A stretch of 62,453 nt of DNA, counting the filler, from Hausera hauseri (lineage: Eukaryota), in assembly GCA_046269625.1 (NCBI GenBank). It is 13 parts of 13 records of this genome, joined end to end, with 100 filler letters (N's around TTAATTAATTAA, not from the genome) between each part and the next. Parts side by side here need not be neighbours in the genome. Positions count along the whole stretch, not along the records: positions 1 to 5,443 come from JBJURY010254291.1; positions 5,544 to 10,348 come from JBJURY010428808.1; positions 10,449 to 14,480 come from JBJURY010806420.1; 10 more parts are not named here. One strand, written 5' to 3'. The position numbers and the translations under genes were made by a program. The notes under the pieces were generated by a model. It was not told the origin of the DNA, searched no databases, and saw nothing but the letters and a program-made list of their open reading frames with translations. Within the stretch, counting starts at the first letter, position 1. Each line of letters begins with the position of its first letter. Shown one piece after another: positions 1 through 13,700 of this stretch.

Positions 1-104
1 CCCCAATCAGCAATCGGGTCCCAGCATTTCTCCCTCCTTTTGGGGTAATCGGGGTCTCAAAATCTTCTGCGGCATCCGTCCAATTTAATTCATTTTCTAT
101 TTTG

Positions 105-2945
105 CATAGCTTATGTACTGGCCTCATATGTTTCCCCATTTAATTTTATCTCCACTACTCTTATGACATTGTCTATTCCAGGGAAGACTTTCGTTATTTT
201 TGCAACAGGCCAGTGATTTAATTTTTCATTCTTCAATAACCACGCCTTATCTCCGATTTTCAACCCTATCTTTTCTCCATTTATTTTCTCATAATTCCTC
301 CATTCGAATAGGCGTTCGTTTCTCCAGCGGTCCCAATATTCACTAACAAATTTCTCTATATACCTTCGTTTATCTGCCAAGCTGCTACTCCCCGTTCCGG
401 TCAGCTCCGACGAGATTTCTCCATTGTGTCCAGCTATTATAAAGTGGTTTGGAGATAGAATGATATCACTTTACTATCATCGGTGACTCTTAGTAACGGC
501 CGACTATTCTTAATTTCTTCAATCTCGATCAATAGTGTTTCAAATTCCTCATCTGTCAATGAACCATCCGGGAGTAATTTGCTCAACGAACTTTTTACAA
601 ACTTGACCATTACTTCATAGACTCCATCTTATTTCGGTATCCTTGAGTTCTCTCCTAAGGCTATATGTGTCGATTTGAAACTCACACACTTCCCTGTTTA
701 CTCCAATAAATGTTCCTCCGTTGTCGGAGACTATCAATGAAGGCCTTCTCCCGCTTATAAAACGTTTGAGTGCTTTTAGAAAGGAATTAGTATCTAAACC
801 TGTCAACATTTCGATATGCACTCTTCGACAAAGTAGACACGTAATTAGGCAGATGTATCTTTTTTCTTGTATTAACCCTCGTCTTTGTCGTGTCTTCAGT
901 GGTCCGGCAAAATCAATTCCAACCTTGTCGAAAGCCTTGAGCGGCAATTGTGTTCTAAATGCTGGTAGTGGTGCTCCTATCGTCCGCATCCCTTTCGCAT
1001 TAAATCCCCTGCAGGTCACACAATAATTTTGGTAAGCCTTGACTAGCTTCCTCATCCTGGGGAACCAGTACTTACTACTTAACTCAGCTACTTGATGGTT
1101 AACTCCCGCCGCGTGTGGTAAATTTAAATGAGTATTATTGGATACTTTTGCTCCCAATTCAACCAAGAGGTCGTTATCAACCGACTACACTATCTCAACA
1201 TCCCCTCGTTATCTAGAACGGGGTTAGATTTTGCTATAACACTCTTATAGCTAATCTCCTTCTTAGACCTCAAATCTCTTATCTATGTTCACAATTCCTT
1301 TTCTTGGTCTTTTTTGATTATTTCCAATTTTGCCTTCCTCCTTAGTTCTGACTCGCTTAGATTATCATTTTCCGCTTTTGGACGATTTTTTCAATCCTTT
1401 GTTTAACCACCCTTTCCCAGCGGGATTCTGTATTTTGTTCAACGATTACTGCATTGCCCTGGCTTTGATGTTCTCCCTCTATCGCAGCGTTTCTCGAAGA
1501 CATCATTGCGAACGCATCTTTTCTCCTTTCCTCATCTTTCGGTTTTGTTAGTTCTTTGCGTGATCGGGCCATTGGTCTTCGGTCCTTCTGAGGAACTCTG
1601 GGCCATTCCACCATTCTATTTTATCTCGTAACTCCTCAACATCCAAACCCCTAGAAAGATAGTCCGCTGGGTTGTTTTCTGACTTTACAATTCCATTGCC
1701 CCCCGATCGTTTCTTCTTGGATAAATCCTACTCTATTCGCAACGAATGTTTTGTAATACTTGCTACAACCTTTTATCCAATACAGCACATTCATACTATC
1801 CGTCCAGTACTGTATATCTTCCTTTTTTATTGCACAGAGTCTTTCTCACTTTTCGTTCCAGCTTGATTTCAAGACAGGCGGCCATCAGTTCTAATCTCGG
1901 TATGGCAACAGATTTTACCGGCGTCACTACTTTTTGAACATATGATCGTCACTTTAACTTCTTTCTCTACATTCGACCTTAAATAAGCGACCGCACCATA
2001 ACCCCATCTTGAGGCGTCACAGAAAATGTATATCTTACTATTATTATCTTGAAAATATAAATACCTTGGCACCTTTATTGTGCTTAGATTTTCCATTCCT
2101 CTCATCAATGTTTTTATTTTTTCACTTATTTCTTTCGGTATCTCTTTGTCCCAATCTATATTCATCATCCACAGTTGTAGAAACATTTTTCTTAACAACG
2201 TGTAACAACTGAGGAAACCTAATGGATCGAACACTTTCGCTAACATGCTTAATAATGTTCTTTTAGTAACCTCCTATTCTTGTCTATTTTGATCCTCAAA
2301 CTCGAATCTATCATTTTCTATTATCCATTTCATTCCCAACGTTTTGGTAACGGCATCAGTCTTTTCCAATATGTTGAATTCCTTAGCTCGGCTCATATCA
2401 GGTATTGTGTTTATTAATTCACTACAATTTGATACCCATTTGTGTGGTTTCATCCCAGCCTTCTCCCATATCTCACTTAACTCGTCGTATAACGAGATAG
2501 CTTCTTTCTCAGTACTGACTGAATCGATACAATCGTTCATGTACGTGGAACACTCTATCGTTTCTACAGCTCTGGGAAATTTATTCTTGTATTTTTCAGC
2601 ATTGTGTTTTGATATCAATTGCGCCAGAAATGGAGAAGCGTTCAATCCGAATACCAACCGATTGAACTCATACGTTTTGAGCTTCCCATCCTTGTACCAA
2701 AGAAATCTCAAATATTTCTTACCCTGTTGTTTTACCTTAATTTGCAGGAACATTTCCTGGATATCGCATATGACAACCCACGGCCGTTTTCTCATCCTTA
2801 ACATAATGTCCACAATATCCAATTGTAACTTCGGGCCGGGGTCTAGGAAATTATTCGGGCATTTTCCTCGATATTTTGAAGCAGCATCGAAAACTATCCG
2901 GCATTTTGTGGTGTCTCTATCGACCTTCATAACCGGGAAGCGCGG
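105..2945 (-). mobile_element. BEL/Pao LTR retrotransposon pol fragment (RT, RNase H, integrase, C-terminal tail), frameshifted
   Basis: CRIVFDAAS, CDIQEMFLQI, FGLNASPFLA, YMNDC (RT); IFCDASRWGYGAV (Pao RNase H); GIDFAGP, SDNGGTF (integrase); WPVAKITKVFPGIDNVIRVV. Confidence 0.93.
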
Positions 2946-5443
2946 CAGCTGTTTCGCTATACCATGAATTAAGTGAGATATGGAAAAGTGCTGGGATGAA
3001 ACCGCACAAATGGGTGTCAAATTCTGGTGAATTAAAGGAAATAATCATTATCAAGGACCGAGCTAAGGAATTTAACATATTAGAAAAGGTTGACGCTGTT
3101 GCCAAAACGTTGGGAATAAAGTGGAAGATCAAAGAGGATATATTCAAATTTGAGAATCGTAATAAGCAAGAGTCAGATGTAACTAAAAGAATATTATTAA
3201 GCATGTTAGCGAAAGTATTCGATCCGCTAGGCTTGCTCATTTGTTACATATTGTTGGGAAAAATGTTTCTGCAGCAAATGTGGATTATGAATGTAAACTG
3301 GGAGGAAAAGATTCCTGAGGAATTGAGCGAGAAAATAAGGGCATAGGTGAAAGGGATGGAGAACTTGAGTACAATAAAGGTGCCAAGATATTTATACTTC
3401 CAAAAAGGTAATGATAGTAAAATACACATTTTCTGCGACGCCTCGAGATGGGGTTATGGAGCGGTCGCTTCTTTGAGATCGATAGTAGAAGGGAAAATTA
3501 AGGTAGTGATCGTATGCTCGAAAGGCAAGGTGACACCGGTGAAATCTGTCACTACACCAAGACTGGAACTGATGGCAGCTTGTATAGGGGTTAAGCTAGG
3601 GAGAAAAGTAAGAAAGACATTGGAGAACAAGAAGGAAGATATACAGTACTGGACGGACAGCATGAACGTATTATATTGGATAAAAGGCTGCAGGAAGTAT
3701 TACAAAACGTTCTGGGCGAACAGAGTTGGATTTATCCAAGAGGAAACGACTGGGAAACAATGGAACTATGTAAACACAGAACATAACCCTGCGGACTACC
3801 TTTCTAGGGGATTAAATGTTGATGAGTTACGAAACAAAAGAGAGTGGTGGAATGGCCCAGAGTTTCTTAGGAAGGCGGAAGATCAACGGTCTGCCCAACC
3901 CAGAGAATTAACAAAGCCGAAGGATGGGGAAAGGAGGAAATATGTCATCACGTTGATGTCTTCGAAAAATAATTCATTGGAAGGAAAATATCGAAGACAG
4001 GATAATGTGGACGACACCGAACAATGTGTAGAATCTCGTTGGGAAGGAACGATTAGACAAAAGATTGAGGAAATCGTCCAAAAGGCAGAAAACGATAATC
4101 TAAGCGAGGTAGAACTAAGAAGGAAGGCAAAATTGGAAATAATCAAGGAAGGCCAAGGAAATGAATTTTGCACAGAGATAAGAGATTTGAGGTCCAAGAA
4201 GGAAATTAGTTATAAGAGAGTTATCGCAAAATCTAACCCTGTTTTAGATGATGAAGGAATACTGAGGTCTGGTACTTGCCTAATAACAACCTCTTGGTTG
4301 AATTGGGAACAAAAATATCCAATAATACTGTCTTCAAAGAGTATCGTAACAAAGCTAATCATCGAGGATACATAGATGAGTTTACGGCAAGCCGCGGGAG
4401 TTAACCACCAAGTTGCGGAGTTAAGCAGTAAGTATTGGTTTCTCAAGATGAAGAAGTTAATCAAAGCCTATAAAAACTATTGTAGGATTTGTAGGAGAGC
4501 AAATGCAAAAGGCATACGAGCCATAGGGGACCCGTTGCCGACGTTTAGGACTCAATTACCACTGAAGGCTTTCGATAAAGTCGGGATTGACTTCGTAGGA
4601 CCAGTGAAAATTCGACAAAGACGTGGGTTAGCACATGAAAAAGGTACATATGTCTAATCACATGTTTACTTTGTCGTGAAGTACACATCAAAGTGTTAGC
4701 AGGTTTGGACACCAATTCCTTTATAAAAGCACTTAAACGTTTTATAAGTCGAAGAGGAAGGCCTTCGTTGGTAGTCTCCGACAACAAAGGAACATTTATT
4801 GGAGTAAATAGAGAGGTGTACTAATTTAAAATCGATACATATAATCTTAAGAGAGAACTCAAAGATACCGAAATAAAATGTATATTTAAACCCCTGCAGG
4901 ACCTCACTTCGGAGGAGTCTATGAGGTAATGGTCAAGTCTGTAAAAAGTTCGTTGAACAAATTACTCTAGGATGGTTCATTGACAGATGAGGAATTAGAA
5001 ACACTATTGATCGAGATTGAAGGAATTACAAATAGTCGGCCGTTAATAAGAGTCATTGATGATAGTAAAAATGATATTATTCTATCGCCAAACCACTTTG
5101 TAATAGCTGGACACAATGGAGAAATCTCGTCAGAGATGACCGGAATGGGGAGCAGCAGTTTGGCAGATAGATGGAGGTATATACATAAATTGGTTAGTGA
5201 ATGTTGGGACCGCTGGAGAAACGAACTCCTGTCCGAATGGCGTAGTTGTGAGAAAATAAAAAGAAAAAATAAAGTTGAAAGTCGGAGATAAGGTATGGTT
5301 GCTAGAAAAAAATGAAAAGCTAAATCATTGGCCAGTGGCAGAGATAACAAAGGTATTCCCTGGAATAAATAACGTTGTAAGGGTGGTTGAGATAAGATTG
5401 GACGGGGAAACCTACAAGAGGCCAGTACATAAATTATGTAAAA
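2946..5443 (+). mobile_element. Second BEL/Pao pol fragment (RT end to integrase C-terminus), a diverged paralog in the opposite orientation
   Basis: FDPLGLL, IFCDASRWGYGAV, PRLELMAA, YWTDSM, NPADYLSRG, WWNGPEFL, GIDFVGP, NSRPL, WPVAEITKVFPG; several stops and frameshifts. Confidence 0.93.
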
Positions 5444-5543
5444 NNNNNNNNNNNNNNNNNNNNNNNNNNNNNNNNNNNNNNNNNNNNTTAATTAATTAAN
5501 NNNNNNNNNNNNNNNNNNNNNNNNNNNNNNNNNNNNNNNNNNN
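5444..5543. other. Artificial contig linker (N-run/TTAATTAATTAA/N-run). Identical linkers at 10349-10448, 14481-14580, 19882-19981, 24193-24292, 29105-29204, 34530-34629, 38971-39070, 44012-44111, 49079-49178, 53830-53929, 58299-58398
   Basis: Twelve identical 100-bp blocks carrying a six-frame stop spacer; sequence on either side is unrelated. Confidence 0.98.
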
Positions 5544-5862
5544 ATAAACTCTGACGGTCTGTATTATGCTAATTGAAAGTAGATGGAAAAAGGACAGTGG
5601 CACAAAGGCCCCCTCCCCCCCGAGGAGAAAAAAATCATGTGGTTCGCGGATGATTCATGGGTTAGGAAAAACGTTGCACAAATGCACGGTTAGTAGGGCG
5701 GAAATAGGAGACACACAGTTATGAAAGTGATACACACAAGCACGCGTACTGTGTGGATTGTAGGTCGACTTAAAAATTTGAATTTCGCGCAAAAATTTTT
5801 TTGGTTTAAATTTCGTGGTAAAAATTTTGTTTTAATTTTGCTTTTGTTGTAATGTGATTCGT

Positions 5863-6050
5863 TGGTTTGTTTACATTTTGAACAAAGGGATTTCTGCCGG
5901 AGATTGGGTTTCACTATTCCCACCCATAGGAAAATAGCTTCCTGTGCTTATCATGGTTTCACTATTCTTACCCCCAATTTGTTTAAATTTTGGTTGTGAA
6001 CAAAAGGAATTTCTGCTGCAGACCGGGTTTCACTATTTCCACCTTAGGGA
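5863..6050 (+). repeat. Imperfect direct repeats (~120-bp period) downstream of pPolB
   Basis: TTTGTTTA..GAACAAA.G.ATTTCTGC...GGGTTTCACTATT.CCACC occurs twice, plus a third GGTTTCACTATT near 5955. Confidence 0.6.
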
Positions 6051-6271
6051 TTAAGTGCTTTTAGGTGCATTCATGTTTTCCTCCCATCGATTACCTTTAT
6101 ATGTGTATTGTTTTCTTAATGTGTGATTATGTAGTAGTATGTTCAAACATAACGCTGTGTCTAGTGTGGGAGATAACGGAAATTGAATGTATTTACTAAA
6201 AGGCTTATTTAACAAAAACAACATAATTATATATTAATACACGATATACAAATAAATCGAAATATTTACAA

Positions 6272-8612
6272 TTAAATACAATAACGTCCGTAAGCAACTG
6301 ATCTGTTTATCTCAATCCACTGCCGTTTGTCGTCGAATGTATCCAATGCTTTCTTTTTTGTGCTGATCGACATAAGTTGGCGACTTTTAGTCCCGATTCG
6401 TTCTTGGTCCACAATGGTCCAACAACCGGATTCATAAGCCTGTAAATAGCTGTCAAATTGCAAGTCTGTCTGCTTGAGATTTACGCTCTTGCATTTGAGA
6501 ACTGGTGTGCATTGATTTTTGAGAGCATAAGATTTTGGCCGTAGAAAAATCCCCTCTTCATACTGAACGCAGCCCTTACCTTCGTCTTTAAATTTCCCAA
6601 TTACAGCTGCGAAGCGAGTCGAGTATAGCGTATCACTCTTGTCGTAGTTAGATGTATCTAGCTGTTCATTAGCTATCATTGCTGGTAACAGTTGCGACTT
6701 TAAGTCAACACCGCGACACTCAAGAAAGAAACTGTCAGTGTCACAAGCAACAACATTAAGTTCGCAATTAAACTGGTGCCTATACGTCTCCAACTCGATA
6801 TAATTCAGCTTATACATCCGTAACTTGGATAGATCAAGTACGGCCTGACAAATGTATGATAGCCTATCTAATGTGACTATATCTTTATAGAGAAGAACTG
6901 CAACCAGATCACCGGCTATTATTATGCTCTCGTGAAACTGAGCCTTACTAGCATATGTGATTAGCATTTTAATATTATTGCACAGTCTCAAGTTTGACCT
7001 ATTCACCAAATTCTCTACTGTTTTGCCATATAAGCTGTTGTTCTTAAGCTTATAAAAGTCTTTTTCAAAAGGATTATTTGCTGCAGCCCTTTTAGCAGTA
7101 TTAAGATCGATGTAATCCTTAAAGACATAACCCTGGTCAAACTCAACGGCCCGATGTACCTTCTCAACTACAGCACCTAACTCGATATACAACTGTAAGG
7201 GCCGATAGTGAACAACATAGTTGGACTTTCGATCATGTGTCAGCAACAATTTTTTTCACTTTGAACCAAGAGGACAATTATTAATTGGGGCTAGAGGCAG
7301 TTGGTCCAACTTATCATGTTTGTCAGCTGGAATGCTTAAGTCAACTTCAAAGACTAAACCTCGTTTTTCCTTAACAGTCAATAAAAGGTAATTGTTGGAT
7401 CAGACTAGTCAAGACGTTCTCATCGTAAATCCAAGTCAGATTCGCAAATGGCAGAGGTTGTGATAAAGCCCAACCGTATAAATTATTTACATCAATATAC
7501 AAAAACTGGTGCTTTCATCTGTTACAACCCTATGCTTATTTACAAAAGTCATGCCACCGCGAATACCCAACTGAAAGAACTGATACATCTCAGGATCCTG
7601 TATAAGCTCAATCTTAGAAGGACTGGTTTTCAATACAGTTGCCAAAGATAAACCGGGAATTGAAAGGAAATTAACCGCTTCTAAACCATCTTGCAACTTA
7701 ACCTCCTTTCTAAACCGTTCAAAGACATCGCCTAACAGGTATACATTAAGTTTCATATAAACTAACATGTAGTCCAAAAGGGAGCTGCAACTATATCTTG
7801 ACCAAACGAGTTGAGCATCTTGATAATCATCATCAGTAACATCATCCCATTTAGCTGGCATCTGTTTAATAGACTGAAAGTCACTGAAAGATTTTGCAGC
7901 AGTGTATTGAAAAATACCTTTTCCCTTAATAATGTCAGAAGGAAAAGCCGACTCAGTAAAAGGATAGCTATCTAAGTTGGAAGCCAAAGTCTTAAGTGAA
8001 GTCAGTAGAAACTGTAACGAGTCGATAAATCGAATAGATACAGACTTTTTGTATGAACACTGTATATTTGCCTGCATGGTTAAAATTTTCTCTGTTGTTT
8101 GAGGAATAACACTCAAATTCCAAGAAGCAAATTTACTTAGTGCATGTTTTAAGATATGATGGAGATCATATCCACGCAAATTATGAAAAATAACAGACAA
8201 ATTATAACTTATCTTACAAGCCAATTTACACTGATTACAAGCTGCGCCTAAGTATTTATCCGTAACATGGCAGTGATCTATAACAAATGTAGTGCCCTGT
8301 TCGTGGCAAAGGTAACATTCTATGGTGTTTTTAAACTAAAACCATTCAGCTGATGTTAATGGGATCATCGGCTTTTTGGTAGTTTCATACCGGGGGAAAA
8401 CTAATGTTTTAACAATTTCCTCTAAACAAGCCAATGACTCAACTATAGAGATTTCACCAATAAATGGCCTATATTTAATACCTGTCCGTGAAACTATCAA
8501 GAGACTTGCTGCAGCAGGCGAATGAATATGCTTGACTTTATCGTCAGGACAAAGAACAGATTCATAGTCAGCATATACGACGAAAAGCGAACTTATTTAT
8601 TTTGCCCAGTAC
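6272..8612 (-). pseudogene. Protein-primed DNA polymerase B (Polinton/adintovirus type), 5'-truncated and frameshifted
   Basis: VVYADYES (ExoI), DHCHVT..YLGAACNQC (endonuclease-VII-like insert), FHNLRGYDLH, FIDSLQFL, GIRGGM, KLKNNSLYGKT, CDTDSF, GKFKDE, LRPKSY, DDKR. Confidence 0.9.
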
Positions 8613-8949
8613 TAAATGAGTTACTGACATTGGGAATAAATCCGCTTATATAAGTTATGATACATATAACAAAAATTTATTTCAAAGTTTTAACATTCAA
8701 TAGCGATCAATCATTTCATGTTTATTACACATTAACATTTATTTTGGTAGATAGAACTGTTTATTTTCACAGGTTTGGAGAACAGGGGTAAGACTTTTAA
8801 TCCGAATTTATATGCCAAATACGACCGAATATGTTCGAATATTTCTCGGATAGATTATGTTATTTTTCATCATCTGTTGTGTTGTTCATTTTGATTTGCA
8901 GTTGACTATGTTGAATGATTTGTCTGAGCACATGCGAGAAAGAGACCAC

Positions 8950-10330
8950 TTCTTGTCACAGTTGTCTCGTGACTGGCAATAACAGAAACGCATCTTCTAA
9001 TGGCTTGAAGTTCTGTTGATAAATATTAGGCCAAAACGACTGGAAACGTTCAAATATGGCAGTTTGTACTTTTGCTCGGTCCAAGCAATGTGATAAACAC
9101 CCCAGCGACAACCAATTCATGAACATGAGGCCTGCATGCAAAGTACAGAAGCTTTTTGCAAAGTCTCTGTTCGAGAAGAACATGTGTCGTTATGTGCACC
9201 TGTGTTGCTTGTTGTTGTGTTGAACCACATCCCAACAATGTCATCAGCAATTTCCCAGAGATTCAGCAAATGAGTGGTAGCAGCTGCTTGTGCTTTTCCG
9301 GTTCCTGATAATGTTTCAGTGATATCAAGTATTTTGGTGACCTCGTATTCACTAACACCCACGGCAACCCCATCCCAGTGAACAACTAAAGGTGGCTTGT
9401 CATTTCTGTGGAATTCGCATGCAGCTATCAATGTATGACCGGTGAGCTGAACGCTTACATTGAATTGTTTGCCGTGAAAGTGCCACTGTACTTAAGTCAT
9501 CCCTGTTAGCTTTAGCTACTGCTGCTGCCAGTATAGCAAACTTTCTGTCACTCAGATTGATTTGATCTAGAGCTGAGGAATCATCAGGACTATGTAGTGT
9601 TTTTTCAGGTAACCTGGATCTTTTGGATTCTACCGCTGTCATCACATTCATCATCATCATCACATTCCGACTTTAGACTTGGCCAATATTGTTTGTAGTG
9701 TGTAGGTATCTCAGACCCCATCTTCTCTCTATCATTCTTATAATCATCACTGTAAGTGTTACTGCCACCAGAAATAATTTTTGAGAGCTGATTTGTGAAA
9801 TTGATTGGTTTTCGCCAGACTTTGTCTGTTTTTCTTTCTGTTTTCGCTCCAGTTCTTTCAGCCTGCAGTTTAATGATCGTTCCTCTTGTTGTTCCAATTG
9901 TTTATCAACACCATCCATCATCATTTTTCTCAATGTTCTCTACTCTTCTAGAAATAACATGTCCTCCTCAATTTTGATCAGTGTCTCTGCATCCTTGTGA
10001 CTTATGTCAAACAACAGTTTCATCTTGGTTTTAAACCCTTTTCACGGCATCGTTGAGTAGCAGAGTCTATGCAATTATGCTTTTTCAAGAGGTTATATTC
10101 ATCAACCAGTTACCTCAATTTTCAAGTGATGTTTTGAGGTAGGGCTGTTGGTATTCGAGCACAGTCCCATATTGACAGTAACTGATCAATTGTAAACTTC
10201 AGGCTTTGAGAAACTGAATTTGCTGTATGTTGATTATAGAAAGTTCTCAACACTTCTTCTGTTGTTGGTAAGACCATTTCTAGGAAGGTAGGTTCTGGCT
10301 GGCCAATCACTCATACTGTAGTTTAATCCT
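8950..10330 (-). mobile_element. Degraded DDE cut-and-paste transposase with a CxxH motif; superfamily not assigned
   Basis: LPTTEEVL..WDCARIPT N-terminus, LVVHWDG, WFNTTTSNTG (FDTT-like), LLYFACRPHVHEL, spread over several frames; abuts the truncated pPolB 5' end. Confidence 0.65.
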
Positions 10331-10620
10331 TGTCTTGTGAGAATTCACNNNNNNNNNNNNNNNNNNNNNNNNNNNNNNNNNNNNNNNNNNNNTTAATTAA
10401 TTAANNNNNNNNNNNNNNNNNNNNNNNNNNNNNNNNNNNNNNNNNNNNGGTCGGTTGAATTGTTTAAAACTATGAATACGGGTGGGTTATAATAAATCAT
10501 TTGTGATGAGACATCACTCACAAAGTAAATGTTTATTGTTTACAATTAAAACAAACCGGTATGAACAAATTTTATATAAATAGCGATGCAATTTCATTTT
10601 ACATTTGTCCTATTTAAAAA

Positions 10621-11107
10621 ATGTCTTTGGAAAACAATTCAGCAGATGACAGTCTCTCAAAAAAGCCACAGTACAGCGAATATTCGCTCAGAAATTTCAG
10701 GTTGTATAATGGATACAACATACATTATCTGCGCAGCGCTATTCAATTGCCATTGATGCAGACGGTAAAAATCAAACCGTCAAAATATGATCTATTGGTG
10801 AAGAAGATTAGCGACGATGATTTGAATACAATGGAAGACACACATAAAATGTTGATAATGACTTGGTGTTGACTAACGATATTCGAGATATATGGTCCAT
10901 TTTTGTCAATTCAAATATAACAGAAATTGTCAAGTCACGTAATGGAGAAACAGCAGCAGCAGTTTTGTAAATGGAAGAAGCTAAAGGCTGGCTAACATTG
11001 AAGCTGAAACGATACAAAGAACTGCACGGCATTAAATCACCAATATGGAAGCTAGAAAGGTTTAGTCTAATTTTACTTACTTTGTTTGTGATCTTAGTTT
11101 ATGATTA
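10621..11107 (+). pseudogene. Small intronless hypothetical gene convergent with pPolB, apparently disrupted
   Basis: TATATAAA about 45 bp upstream of the ATG; 83-aa ORF with coding-like continuation in a shifted frame; AATAAA near 11107. Confidence 0.35.
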
Positions 11108-11289
11108 ATAAATATAATGGGTTTATTTTTCATATTGTTTTTCGCATTAAGTTAAATATATAGATAAATAAAATAATAATAAAGCAAAAACCAAAACACT
11201 GAACAGTGTGCATTATTTGCAAAACACAGATTACAATGAATTGGCTGCAAATATTAGATAATTTTTCAGTATTGGGATTTCATTTCTTT

Positions 11290-13700
11290 GTCTGCATTAG
11301 GTCGTCACCGAAGAAATCATGTATTTTATTACGAACACCAATGTCCGTATGCCCCACCCACTTACGCTTATCACATGATAAAGCGACTTTTTATATACAG
11401 GTTGTGCTCAATTGGTCGGATGATCGTTTGAAACACAACACCCTTTGATTTTCTTTCTCCTACGTCTTCTACCCTTTCATAGACAGGGCGATATCACCGT
11501 GGTTTATTTCCATCTGGGCCAACTGAACTGCTTTTGGGCGCATTTTCGTTTCACACTCCGTCAGAAAACTGTAACACTTGGTGTGCAAAAATATCCATTC
11601 CCGATACTGAACTCGACGTTTCTTTCATCCTTCAAACAGCCGACTTTGTTTGTGTTGGTGTTGCTGTACAATGTATTATTCTGTGGTAGTTGGATGTGTC
11701 CAGTAAACTGTCTGCCATTATTTGTCGCAGTAGTTGTTCGCGACTGACGTTTTTCAGTTTCAAGAAAAACCTATTTGTGTCAGCGGCAATTATATTGATC
11801 TTGCATCCGCCAAAGTTTTACCGATAACGTTACAAATCGAGATACTGCAGCTCATACATTTGTAATTTACTGGGTCCAATACCACCTGTCCTATATAACT
11901 TGGCCGGTCCAGTACGACTTCTTTCCTGTTTAAAAGTACGGAAACCAATCCATGGGAAATATGCATTGACCGTCTGAACTTAGCCTTGCTGGTGTACGTG
12001 ACCAACCGCTTTTCGCTGTTGCATAGACGTACACTGAGACGACTTTGCAAATTCTCTACTGTTTTTAAGTACAGAGAATTGTTTTTCATCTTGTAATAAT
12101 CCTGTTCAAACTTCCTACAAGCTGCATCTCGTTTCTCTAAATTCCGACTGATGTATGCCTGGAATATCGGAGCCTGATGGAATCAGATTTCACCATGTAA
12201 TTGTGTGACGCATACACCCAATTGCATATGAAATTGCAACAGATGCCAATGAATAATATAATTTGATTTGGATTCATGCGTCATAAGAAGCTTCTTCACC
12301 TTCGAGCTAGGCGGACATTAGCTAATTGGTGCGACCTGTAATTCATTCAGAAAGTCATGCAGCTCATCAGGCACCATATGATCGACTTCTATCAGGTATC
12401 CAATTGAGCTGTTTTCTTCCCTGTCTGCTCTAGGCAGATTTTGAACTATTTCGTCCAGATCTTTTCTGTCAACTACCTATTCAAATAAACCGTACGGCAA
12501 CGGTGGTGGAAGCGCCCGGCCATAGAGGTAATTAATATCAATGTATAACAGTAATGTTGTATTATCACTGGTAGCAGCAGAACTAACATGGTGCTTCTTG
12601 ACAAATGTCATGCCGCCACGAATACCAACATCAAATAGCATGTACATTTCTGTATCTTGCAACACCTCTAAATCACCATGATCCAGTGACATCAGGGCCG
12701 ATGCCTAACTCATTTCCGCAGCCGAGCTCTGTCCAAAATCCCTGTGCTTTCTGTCATTCATCCTCTATGATACCTGTCCATCACGATGGCAAGCCTTCTA
12801 TTATCTGAAACCGCACGTACGATACCGGAAAGTCGTATAGAAATATGCCTTTGCTATGTGCAACATGTGTGGAGAACTGTGTCAATGTTAGCGGCACATT
12901 TGACAAGGCATTTACTAGCCTTGTCAATGATTCATTCAGAAATTGCAATGAATCAAGGAAGCGTACATGGAACCGATTTATACGAGCAGACAAAGACAGG
13001 TATTTCTACATAGTAGTTGGAATTATGGATAGTTTTTAGTGCGAAAATCCATTTATTGCCCATTTTAAAATGTTGCGACAATCATAACCCCTGAAGTTAT
13101 GAAAAACCACAGGTAGAAATGGTCGCATACGCCTTGCCAAATTGCACGAATTACATTCAGCTCATAGATATCGACCGGTAAAATGATTATGATCCAGTAT
13201 GAGCCGTTCCTTTGCATCTAACGGTAATATTTTGTGGCACAGGTGACATTCATTGGTGGCTACAAACATCAACGGTTCACATTCATCTGTCCATATCAAG
13301 GGTTTAGTCTTATTATTTTGATACCACGGTGCGATTTTCGTTTCTATTATTGTTTCCAACTGATGCATGAAATCGCTTATGTAGTTCCAACCGTGAAAAA
13401 CGTAGTATTGAGGTTGGCCAGTGGCTTTTATTGGGACAACCAACATACTGACAGCGATTGGAATGTGCTACTGATTATATACATGTAATGTGGTAGAATG
13501 GCTTCAATGTCAGCATATACTACATATGCCGGACTGTTGGATTTAGACCAGTCACTCAACCTGAGTTTCGTTTTGACGAGCAGGACGTACATTGTTGTTG
13601 CCGATGGATTCTGTTTGCATAATGTCAAATATTTTTCCCACATTGTTTCTGACCTGAAACCATGCAGGCATATGGGACACCTGTAGTAGAAAAATGCCGG
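11290..13700 (-). pseudogene. Second protein-primed PolB relic with Zn-finger and endonuclease-VII-like insert
   Basis: CPICLHGF, VVYADIEA, CHLCHK..DHNHFTGRYL, FLDSLQFL, GIRGGM, YIDINYLYG, KNNSLY.KT, RPSYIGQ. Confidence 0.88.

Noticed and set aside
2344-2967. Long antisense ORFs over the BEL, pPolB and hAT genes
   Set aside because: Shadow frames of the real coding strand with no motifs.
5444-5543. TTAATTAATTAA as a biological repeat, and ORFs running into X/LIN
   Set aside because: It is a synthetic six-frame-stop linker; adjacency across linkers carries no meaning.
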